20,000 nucleotides of DNA from Balamuthia mandrillaris (Eukaryota), in the NCBI GenBank assembly GCA_031835245.2, contig JAVKOQ020000046.1, forward strand, positions 236,336 to 256,335. The letters run 5' to 3'. This document shows, piece after piece, positions 1-9,843 of the stretch. Made by a program: the position numbers and the translations under genes. Position 1 is the first letter of the stretch, and every line of letters starts with the position of its first letter. The notes under the pieces are model-generated. The model had not been told where the DNA came from and ran no database searches. It saw nothing but the letters and a program-made list of their open reading frames with translations.

Positions 1-1
1 T

Positions 2-504
2 TCTGTTCTCATCCAAAAGTGCAACATGCTTGAGCGTTTTGCTGAAGTGTTGAAAACAGAGACGGACAGGACGGTGGGCTACCTCGGACACTTAGTGCAC
101 CTCTCCAACGAGCTCATCAAAGCCTCCACCTACCACGAGCCTCTTGCTAAGCTTCTTGAAGGTTTGTTCTAGCTCAGTCTTATCACAATAATTTCTTTCC
201 TCATTTCTTCTTTCTTCTTTACCCTCAAGCAGAGAACGCGGCCTGGCAACAAGTCCAAAACAAGCTAAAAGAGTTGAACGACCTGAACAACACGCCGTTG
301 GGTGGCGGAGTGCCAACGGGAGGGATGACGCAAGAGGAGGTGCTGGGGCACCTCTCCCTCATGGGCTTGACCGATCAAGAGGGCGAGAACCGCGAGGGAG
401 ATGAGTTCATGTACGAACAAGAGGGAGAGGGAGAGGACATTCGATACGAGGAAGATGGAGATTCGGATGAGGATGAGGGAGGAGGGGATCCTGGAAGCGA
501 ATGA
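2..504 (+). CDS. 3' end of a SIT4-associated protein (SAPS) / PP6 regulatory subunit; 5'-partial; exons <2-161 and 230(or 233)-504
   Basis: Frame 2 reads SVLIQKCNMLERFAEVLKTETDRTVGYLGHLVHLSNELIKAS..LAKLLE. After a GT(162)-AG intron it continues ENAAWQQVQNKLKELNDLNNTPLGG and ends in an acidic tail. The GYxGHL..xN and W..L.E.N...LGG motifs match the SAPS domain C-terminus. Confidence 0.75.
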
Positions 505-697
505 AAACGAAATAACAACAAAAATGAAAACAAGGAAGGCACGAACGGAATTGGATAGGATGGGTTTGCTTTTAAAAATACTTATTTTTGAACTTATTCT
601 TCAGCCCTTTCTCTTCTCTTCTCTCCTGCATTTCTTTGCTTCTTTCAGTCACTTCCTCTCTCTTTTTATTTCCAGCCACTACTTAGTACAACAGTTT

Positions 698-2455
698 TTA
701 GAGAGTAAGGTTAGAAAGGGCATTGGAGGCAACTGTGCTCAGCGCTGCGTCGCTGCTGCTCTTGAACCTTTGAACCGCGGAGACGGCGCCTTTATCCTGC
801 AGCCTTTTGCGTATGGCTCCTTTGTTTTGTTTTTTTCCCTCCTTCGTTAGTATCTCTAACAAGAAGAAAACAACATAAGAGAAAGAGAAACCATCTTGGG
901 AAAGGTTGGTTATAGCGCGGAGGGCGTGAAGGGCCAGTTGAGAGTCAGCGTTTTGAAGAGCTTGCACCGTTGCCACGTCGCCATCCACTGAAGCCACTGC
1001 TTGACGCCCTTCCTCTGCACAGCAGGATATCTCCCTGTTCAGCATACACAACCAAAATACCAAACAACACCAAAAAAGAGATAACAAACCGGTGAGAGCA
1101 AGGTTCTGGACGATCTGTAAGGCAAAGGCCAGGACGGTGGCATCGGAGCTCGCGAGACGCCTCGTGATGGCGCTGATCAGGTCGGCGTTGATGATCTCTT
1201 TCACAGCAGAAGCTGACCAAACAAACAAAAAAAAAACTAAGCGAGAAGGACAGAAGGAGTGAAGCGCAAACGGCATACCGTGGCCGGAGAGGTTGACCAG
1301 AGCGGTCAAGGCTTTAACTTGGTCTTGGGCGTCGCAGTTGCCTTTGATCACGTTGCCAATATCCCCCACGAAGCCGACCAGCTTCTCATGAGCGCTCGCT
1401 GCAAGGTCCGCTCCAGGTAAGCATCAAAACAAAAGACAAACAAGAACACAAAAACCAGAAAAGAAAAACTACGTTGGCAGGAAAGAGCAGCAAGAGCCCT
1501 GGAATAAAGAGGCGAGAACAACAGGTCAACGAAAGCACACCGGCAAGGAAAAAAATACAGAAAAAAAGAAGAGAAGACTCACCATAGAGCATACTTCCTG
1601 TTGGCAGCACTGCTGGAAGAACGCAGTATTTGACCACAAGGGGCAACGGTCCCTGCTTTGATGAACTCTACACAGACTGGACCTGTTTTGTTGTTCCTTG
1701 TGAGCTCAAATAGAACAGAAAGAAAAGGACAAAGAAGAAGAAGAAGAAGGGGGGGGGGGGAGAACAAGAAGAAGAAGAACAAGAAGAAGAGGAACATGAG
1801 AAAATCAAACAGAAAATACACGCCATTCACGCTGCTGTTAGCGACCAACATCAATGCGGCAGAGAGCGTGTCCTCGTCAGAAGAAGAGAGGATGGCTTTG
1901 ATCACAGGAACGGCTCCTTCCTCCACAAGCTGCGCTCTTAGCTCGTTCTCGGCGACAGTAATGTTGGCGAGAGCGGCCAAAGCTCTTTCCTGCAGCGCAT
2001 TCTCGTCACTTCTCAAAGCGTTGATCAAAGCTGACACAGCGCCTGTCTCATGACCCATGCTTTGACGACTGGGAGCTGAAAGAGAGAAACAAAAACAATT
2101 CTGCGTAAGAAAAGGAGAAGAAGACGACGTCATCCGAGAATGATGAGAGAACGTTACCGTGAAGAGAAAGGTTAGCCAGAGCGTGAGCAGCCAAGATCTT
2201 GATGATGGGCTTTTCAGAGGTGCTCAACAGCTTGACGATGGGCGTGAGGGCATCTCTTTTGTGAACGAACTGGCGGTTCTCCTCTTCGAGGGTGTAGTTG
2301 ATGATCTCTCGGAGGGCTGCCTCTTGTTTTGTCTCGTCGGTGGAGGACAGGTTGATGATCTCCACCTCGATGGGAGAAGACTGTCCAGGGGCGCCCTCAG
2401 CCGCCGCCAGACCAGACTCCAAGTTTGCCAAAATTGCTTCCAACGGATCCGCCAT
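698..2455 (-). CDS. Armadillo-repeat protein (Vac8/SmgGDS-like); 8 predicted exons: 2455-2158, 2075-1824, 1682-1583, 1498-1473, 1398-1279, 1212-1090, 1014-892, 819-698
   Basis: Repeated ARM helix-3 motifs: AAHALANLS, ALAALANIT, ALWALAALS, ALTALVNLS, ALRAITNLS, ASNALSNL. Splice phases are consistent from ATG 2455 to TAA 698-700. Confidence 0.85.
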
Positions 2456-2582
2456 CAGTTTTTCTTCTCTGCTCTTCCCTCTTTCTGCTATTTCCCCTTC
2501 TCGGATCGTTACAGACGTGAGCGTGGACAAGAGAGCGCAATATTTCCAGGATGGACAGGAGAGTGCCTATGTGACATCATCA

Positions 2583-2618
2583 TTTAACCCTAACCCTAAT
2601 TTTAACCCTAACCCTAAT
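2583..2618. repeat. 18-bp tandem duplication TTTAACCCTAACCCTAAT x2 containing telomeric TAACCC units (telo-box-like) in a divergent promoter
   Basis: Read directly at 2583-2600 and 2601-2618, between the ARM ATG (2455, -) and ATG 2673 (+). Confidence 0.85.
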
Positions 2619-2672
2619 TTTTAGCCTAGAACAAAAATTTCTCGAATAAAAATAAAAATAAGAAAAAAAAAG

Positions 2673-3009
2673 ATGAAGGCGGGAAGTTGTGGATTGCTTC
2701 GCTCGACAACGAATCGGACTGCGACGACGGGGGCGTGGAGAGTTGCCTCGTCGAGTTCGCGCCGCTCCGCGGTGGTGGCCTCTTCTGTCTTTGCCTCTTC
2801 GTCTTCTTCTTCTTCCTTGGCCACTCCCCGATTGTTCTCCACCCTTCAAACCACTACGACACCACGCAGCGTGGCAGCCACTGGCTGTAGCAATGTGCGG
2901 ACACCTTCTCCTTCCTTTGTCGCCCAACGAACTTTGTAAGCATTTCGTCACATATGAGCTTTTGTGTTGTTTTTCGCTGCTGCTAAACAACCACCCTTGC
3001 TTTATTCTG

Positions 3010-3055
<46 letters not shown>

Positions 3056-3173
3056 TCGCAGATCGTCACGATTATCACTTGGTTCCGTGGTTGGTCTGCA
3101 AGTCAAACGTACGGGCTTGCTCCACGGAATCTTTTTCACTTACGATTCAGGTGTGTATTTCTCTCCAAGTCTA

Positions 3174-3218
<45 letters not shown>

Positions 3219-3626
3219 TCTCCCGTCTTTTCCGTGCCTATTCCGCTCGCTCTGTCTGTGCTGACCACTCCAAATCCATTCGTTTTGTTTTTGTTGCTCC
3301 TCTTGTTCTACTCTGTTTCTCTCTTCCTCTCTTTCTCTATTCTTGATGTCACGCAACACATTGTAGAGGATGAGGGTACATAATGAATGCCCAACATCCT
3401 TCCTGTGCCACTGTGAATGAATGCGGAATACATTCCTTCTCTCTTAGTTTTTGTTTTTTCTGGACATATTCAACCACTCTCTCCAAAATATCATTCACAC
3501 TTACTTTTATTTGAATTCTTTTCTACTCTCTCTTGGTGTCTTTCTCGTCCTTTCTACTCTCTTTTTTCTCTTCTTGTTCTTTCTCTATTTTTCTGATGTT
3601 CAGGTGAAGAAGATGACGGCACGTAA
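2673..3626 (+). CDS. Small protein with a mitochondrial-presequence-like N-terminus and an acidic-GT* C-terminus (possibly NFD6-like); exons 2673-2935 and 3062-3150, then 3367-3383 (EDEGT*) or 3604-3626 (GEEDDGT*)
   Basis: The first exon is rich in Arg/Ser/Thr/Ala with no acidic residues. Donors are GTAAG at 2936 and GTGTGT at 3151, and there is a CAG acceptor at 3061. Two phase-1 acceptors both give [DE]-[DE]-G-T-stop endings. Confidence 0.6.
3016..3214. repeat. Two intronic (CT)n microsatellites (~3016-3052 and ~3180-3214); similar tracts at ~5833-5863, ~13219-13251 (GA), ~16188-16210 and ~17074-17108
   Basis: Read directly. Confidence 0.9.
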
Positions 3627-3766
3627 CGAAGAAAGGATGTGGTTTGCTGTGAGAAAACGAAACAACAATGAATTAGATATTCGCTTTGCTATTTGTTTTC
3701 ATTTATATCTGTTATGCCTCCGTTTCTCGCCTATTGTTATTATCTCACACTTATCGCATAGGGGTA

Positions 3767-5145
3767 ATGTACCGACGCCAATATTCCACTGATGGCTTTT
3801 TTTCCTCAGAAGCCGATGGTAACCCCCCCTCTCTCTTCTTCATTCACATTATTCTTATGTTGGGCTTGGTTGTTGATATATAGGAAGCAAATACTTGAAA
3901 GTGGTCTCATGGAACGTGAACGGACTGAACGCAGTGGCGAAGAAAGGCGCCCTTCTCGATTATGTGCTAGCTGAACAACCAGATATCTTGTGTCTTCAAG
4001 AGACAAAGTTATCCTTGAACAAACTCGATCAGTTCAAAGGAAAGGTCTTTCAGTTGGTGTCACCCACGACGCCTCCCGAAAAGAAAGGCAAAGGTAGTAA
4101 GAAGAAAGCAACTAACGAACAACCAGCTGAGAGGAAACCCGACAACGATGAGCTCCAGATGTTTCCATTCGAGTATTACAACTGTTCCCAAAAGAGACAA
4201 GGCTACTCAGGAACTGCTATTTATTCTAAATTAGAGCCTCTTGCGGTGAGCTACGGCATCGGCAAGGCAGAGCACGACAGGGAAGGAAGAAACATCACGT
4301 TGGAATTCCCTGACTTCTTCTTGGTCAATACGTATGTACCGAACGCCGGTGAGGCGGCCGGCTTGGCTCTGGCAGTGGAGACGGAGCGGTTGATGAGCAT
4401 GGCCGGAGTGAGCAACGACGCCAAATGGTTCTTTAGGAAACGTGTCTCGGTCACCGCTTCTGCACAAAAGAAAAAAGCAGCATCGACTGGCGATGAAGAG
4501 GAAGCGGAGAAGGAAGCTTCCATTACGAAAACTACTAGTGAAACGCTTAGGAAGGAATTAACAAAGGAAGAAGAAGATGGAGAAGAAACGGAAGAGGATA
4601 TTAATTACGGCCCTGTTGAGCCAGGTAGGCCCAAAAGGCTTGCCTACAGACAAGTTTGGAACAAAGACATGCACGCCTACCTACAACAGTTGCAGCAGAC
4701 GAAACCTGTTTTGTGGGTTGGCGACCTTAACGTGGCTCATACAGGTTTGTTTTCTTTTTGGAAGCGAGCCAGACAGAAGAAGCAAGCGAACGAAGAAGAA
4801 GGGAAACATTTGCTAACACCATTCTTTACAGAGTTGGACATTCACGACCCAACCGGCAATCATGATAATGCCGGTTTCACACCTGAAGAACGACACGACT
4901 TTGGCGCGCTGCTAGCCAACGGCAACTTCGTGGACACCTTTCGCCATTTCCATCCAGAACAGCCCAACCACTTCACCTTTTGGAGCTACCGCTTCCATGC
5001 GCGCTCTCGCAACCGGGGGTGGCGTCTCGACTATTGTCTTGCCTCCAAAGGGTTGATGCCGCGTGTGCATGGAGCGTTCATCCGTGAGGCCGTGTTGGGG
5101 TCGGATCACTGCCCGGTTGGAGTTCTCCTTCGAAGGTCCTCTTAG
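3767..5145 (+). CDS. APE1: AP endonuclease, ExoIII/APE1 (EEP) family; exons 3767-3818, 3884-4744, 4832-5145; may also be joined to the upstream 2673-3150 exons
   Basis: Motifs SWNVNG, LCLQETK, GYSGTA, EGR.IT, YVPNAG, GDLNVAH, AGFT..ER, DTFR, FTFWSYR, GWRLDY and SDHCP are present. An 87-nt in-frame intron at 4745-4831 has a GCTAAC branch site. Confidence 0.93.
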
Positions 5146-5150
5146 TAGGA

Positions 5151-5248
5151 AAGAAGAAGAAGAAGAACAACAAGAAGAACAAGAAGAAGAACAAGAACAA
5201 GAAGACAACGAAGAAGAAAAAAAGAAGAAAGGAAAGAAAAGGAAGAAG
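5151..5248. repeat. (GAA/CAA)n purine-rich simple repeat downstream of the APE stop codon
   Basis: Read directly: aagaagaagaagaagaacaacaagaagaacaagaag... Confidence 0.8.
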
Positions 5249-5828
5249 TGTTATCGGGACGACTCGAGAAGATAGGCCGGAGGGAGGAACCAATCGCAGC
5301 CAAAATTGTACACGTACCTGTCCAGAGCGAGGGCAATGCGAAATGGAGAGCACAGCAGGAAATTCCTTGCAGACAAATTTTCCTCTGGCCGGAGGAACAA
5401 GAGGCCTCGTTTCATACATAAACTCAAACAAGGAAAAAAAAATTGGGAGAAGAAAAGAGAAGAGAGAGAGAAAAGGAACAAGAGACAAGAAGAAGAGCAA
5501 GTTGATCAGCAAAAAAAAATAGAGGAGGAGAGGAAGACGTGAGCCTTGCTGCTGCCTGGTTAAAGCTCCAAGTTTTTTTTTTAAAAAAAAAGTACAGCAC
5601 GTAACCAGGCAAGAAGGAGGTAAATAAAAAAAACCACACACGTTTTCTCTTCCTTCGCTAGCTATTTTTTTTTCTCTTCTTCTCCAGGCCGAGCGGTGTG
5701 CTGGTACGTAAAGGAGTTCTTGTATTTTATGTGTTATTTATTGTAGTTTGGCCAAGCAGTGTCGTTCCTGTGCCTATTCATTTGTTCCTTCCTTTGTCTT
5801 TTGTTTTGTGTCAGTATGTCTGACTCTC

Positions 5829-5865
<37 letters not shown>

Positions 5866-6078
5866 CCCTTTTTCTTGTGTTCTTTTTGCTAGATCAACAA
5901 TAGTTGTTTCTTAAGAGAAAGCAAACCGTGCGGGTCTCCTTTCTCTCGCTCCTCGTCTCCTGTAGCTGAGTGAGTGTACCTTTGTTCCCTTCAACTTTTT
6001 GATAAGATTCCACTCTTAACTTTTTTTTTGTTTTACTTCCCACAAAGGAGCACCTTCCCTTTACCCTGCTCAAGAAAG

Positions 6079-6262
6079 ATGAACGGAACAGGACGCCTGG
6101 ACGCCCTGTTGGATGCGTACGATGACACACAAGCTCAAAGATTTACGCCAGAGCAAGGGTAATGACTTGTCTCTGTTCTCTCTGTTCCTCTTTCCGCGTT
6201 CCTCTTCTCCATCTGTCCTCGCTTCCCCTCCCCCACACTTCCCTTCCTCTCTTGCGCTCCTC

Positions 6263-6295
<33 letters not shown>

Positions 6296-9200
6296 CATTG
6301 TTACTCACGGAAGCGTGATCGACATAACAACAGGGAAGAGGGAGAGCTACAACCAAGGCCAGGAAGTGCTCCCCCAAACCATCGGAAACGGTCGCGGAAC
6401 TCGGGTGGGAGTGGAGCAGGGGGATCGAGTGGCATGGATGGAGGGGGAAGAGGTATACACAACAACGTCTCTTCTGGCAATCCACCACGATATCCACCAC
6501 CGCAAGCACCGGTAGGTGGAGCCTACCAAGGAGCGAAGCCACCCACAGTCTCAGGCAAGGAAGTGGATGAGATCTCTGACTTTTTATCGTACATATGTTC
6601 TGGCTCTACTGTTTCTCATATGCACGTGGATGCACGGTTGGGGCGATTGGAAGCGGATCGGGGAGATGGAGGGAGTGGGTTTGGTTTTGGAGAGGAAGGT
6701 ATGGGTGATGCTGACATAAGAGGAGAAAACGAGGATGACTTTACACAACGGTTCAGAAATGGGGTAAGGCCGGAGGACTTTCAATACATACTGTCCTTTT
6801 TGGAACAGGACAGCCAGAAGGAGTGTTCCTTTCGGGACTGGACGGAATATATCTATGACCACGAAAAGGGCCACCTCTGTCTTTGCTACGACAACGACAC
6901 TGGGAAGTTGTGCGGCTCTGTCTACGAGAACCGACGGACCAACCTGGACTTGGTGACACCTCATCTGCCCTACGACTGCCGGGTCAGCCTCTCCACAAAG
7001 GAGCCCGCTCCAGCGGAGAAGTCTCCACCACCCGACTTTAAGCGAAAGGTAGAGAAGAAGCGGTGGTCCTTTTACAAGCAGCGAAACATATGGAAAATCG
7101 ACCTGACAGAAATGCGGGTGTGGACCCCAACGCCGTCTACTTGCCCTTACTCTAGCGACGAGGAAGACGAAGATCCTTTTCAAACGGCGCCCAAAACGCC
7201 CTCTCCGGCCTCCAATCATTTCCTCTCGGAGGGAACTACCACTGATGCAGATGGCCTCTACCTGCAAGAAAACACGACCAAGTACGAAATACGCTTTGAG
7301 TTGATGGCGGACGTATTACAAAGCTTGGTTCACACAGACAGACAGAACCTCGAGTACATAGCAGCCAAGTTCTGGCAAACAGTGCAGTTCTTTTCCAAGA
7401 AGCGGCCTAGAGGTGCACAACCCGCACGTCGCCCACTGCGGCATGGCAACCCTGCCGCCGTTGTTGTCGCTGTGCCTGGTGCTCCTGGTGGCGCCACACT
7501 TCAAGTGCGAACAGGCCCTCCTCCTGGTGCAGCTCTTTCACGCCGTGGTGGAGTAGCACAGCAACAACCGCAGCGGCTAGGCGTTGGCTCTCCTACCTAT
7601 ATAGGAGGCTCGCCATCTCCCTCGCCCACCATGGCTGCGGCAGCAAACCGAGGGGGGTTTAATCCCTCGCGCTCTTCCTCGCACTCTCGGTCGCCCTCGT
7701 TGTCGCCGCCCTCACCGATGGGCGGCGATTTTTTCTCCTCGATGGAACGATCCGCGTCCAATGCCTACTCCGCCGCTTCCGCCGCTTTGAGGGGCGAGTT
7801 CTCACCTCCGGAAAAGTCTTTGAGAGCAGATGAAGGGTTCATCTCCTCCTTTCCCTTTACGGAGTTCAAAGTGCGGTCGGTGGAGGGCCACCACAATGAT
7901 GAGCTGCGAAGGATATGTCTGCGGATTATATTTGGCCCTGGCAGAGAGGACGATGGACCAGACCCTTACGCCCGTCCTTCCTTCCCTGGTGCCCTTCCTG
8001 TTAATTTTACTCGTCGCCATTGGAAGGTATCACTTTCTTTTCTCTACGTTTGTTTTGTCGTTTCCAGTGTTCAATACTCATGCCTTTCCGAACTTTTGTG
8101 ATGTTACTCCCTCCTCCGTCCTCTTGTAATTGGATAAAAAGATGGTGCAAAACAAACCCTACTTAGTATCAGAGAAGACGGATGGGGTGCGGTTCATGCT
8201 GTTGATCAACGAAACGGGAGTATACCTCACCAGCAGAAGCTTTGACTTTATGAAAGTAGAGGGCTACGACCAACTCATTCCGCTGATGGCATCGAATGGA
8301 CCTACCCTGCTGGATGGCGAAATGGTGCATCATCATTCCAGCAAGCGGTAGGAGCCCCTGCACATAACTGCATCCCACTTTATGTTTGCTCAAACTGGTG
8401 CTTCTCCTTTATTGTAGGTTGTTTTACCTGATCTTTGATGCGCTTTGCGTGAACGGCACCAACCACACGAAAGAGAATCTAATGGGAAGGCTGAAGCAAG
8501 TGCGAGACCTGGTGGTCGTTCGGTATCGTGAGGCGGTGGACAATGGCACTATCCGCAAGAGCGATCACCCCTTTGTCCTCATCGGAAAGCAGTTCTTTGA
8601 CAAGAAGTTGACCAAAAAGGTGTTTGACCACATCCGCAAGGACAAGGAAAACGGTGACTACTTCTATCGTGATGACAAGAGGTACCACAAGACCGATGGC
8701 ATCATCTTCACCCCCAACGAGGCCTATACCGTGCAAGCCAACAGGGGCCTGCTCAAATGGAAGTATCCTGAAAAATCATCAGTGGACTTTAAGCTACTCA
8801 TCAAAACACCACGCAACAACCAACATGGCCACCCAGCTGCCAACGCAAGATCCTCCGCTTCATCTTCATCCTCAGCAATGGTGGGCGCTTCGGGCGTCGC
8901 TGCCGTCAGCGGCAAGGAGTATTGGTTGGTGGCACGAGGAAGAGACCGGCAGGGAGACATCGAGTGCGATGTAGCACAATTCTCCTCCAGTGACCGGCAG
9001 CGATTGAAGCATGATATGAAGAAGTACAACATTGGGAAGGAGGTGTTGCATGCCGCAAGCCATTACAACAATAACGTTAGGAACCTCATCGTGGAGTGCT
9101 GCTACGACACGGATAAAGGCAAGTGGAGGTATGTCGCCATTCGAAGGGACAAAACTCAACCCAACAACATCAAAACAGCATTCAACGCCATTATTGCTCT

Positions 9201-9783
9201 CGCTGAGAACATCACCAAAGAGGAGCTCATCTACAGAGCCACTCGTAATCCCAAGAACGACGAGTGGAGGCTCATCCAACAGACCAAGAGTCGTTCCAGA
9301 ACTTCTTCTGTTATTACCTCTTCTTCCGCAAGCAACAGCAGCAGTTCCTCCTCGTCTTCAGCCTCCAAAACAGAAGCACTTAAGAATGATGGCAGAGGAG
9401 GGAGCAAAAATGAGGGAGCAGAGACGCCGCCTTTAGGACGTAAAACTAAAAAAAGAAGAATGAGCAACGCCAACGAACAACAGAAACAAAGGCTGAAGGA
9501 AGCTGATGATGATGAGTATGACGATGAAGAACAGGAAGAGGGCGAAGGAGACGGGGAAGATGACGATGGTGTAAAAAAAGTTGGACGAGTGGATGAAGAG
9601 GATGTCGAAGAAGCCGAAGAGGGAGAAGCAAAACAGCCAAGTGATAACGACGCTGTTGAGGCGGAGGAAGAAGAAGCGGAGGAGCACAAAAGCAAAGACT
9701 CTATGAACTTGGAGGAAGCGTTGGAGGAAGCCATGGAGAAAGGCTTGAGCGTTGATGATGGCGTGGAGGTAGAAAGCTTGTAA
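6079..9783 (+). CDS. mRNA capping enzyme: degenerate Cet1/CYTH-like RNA triphosphatase domain, S/P-rich linker, guanylyltransferase (NTase + OB fold) and acidic tail; exons 6079-6158, 6334-8026, 8142-8347, 8418-9783
   Basis: GTase motifs: FPGALPV, I EKTDGVR, III LLDGEMV, IIIa LIFDAL, IV DGIIFTP, V KWKYPEKSSVDF, VI RRDKTQPN. TTM-like motifs: DARLG, F..GV...F, NLDL..P..PYDCRVSLS, KKRWSF, WKIDLT, YEIRFE. Intron phases are consistent. Confidence 0.9.
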
Positions 9784-9843
9784 ACCAACAAACCACACTT
9801 TTTTTTGTAGAGAAGGAAAAAAAAACAATGTTACAAAGGAGAG

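Noticed and set aside
2964..3383. ORFs with SLSLSL or ERERER runs, here and at 12835, 15701, 17040 and elsewhere
   Set aside because: They are translations of intronic (CT)n/(GA)n microsatellites. Only 3062-3150 and 3367-3383 of this ORF are plausibly exonic.
3367..3435. Possible H/ACA snoRNA (two hairpins then ACA)
   Set aside because: There is no ANANNA hinge, the second hairpin is weak and the region is too short.
5310..5345. ACACGTACCTG..CCAGAGCGAGG resembling the U1 snRNA 5' end
   Set aside because: There are mismatches in the invariant ACTTACCTG, no U1-70K or U1A loops, and no plus-strand Sm site.
6079..9783. Giant-virus insertion as the source of the capping enzyme
   Set aside because: The gene has host-type introns and composition, no methyltransferase domain, cellular-type GTase motifs and no viral neighbours.
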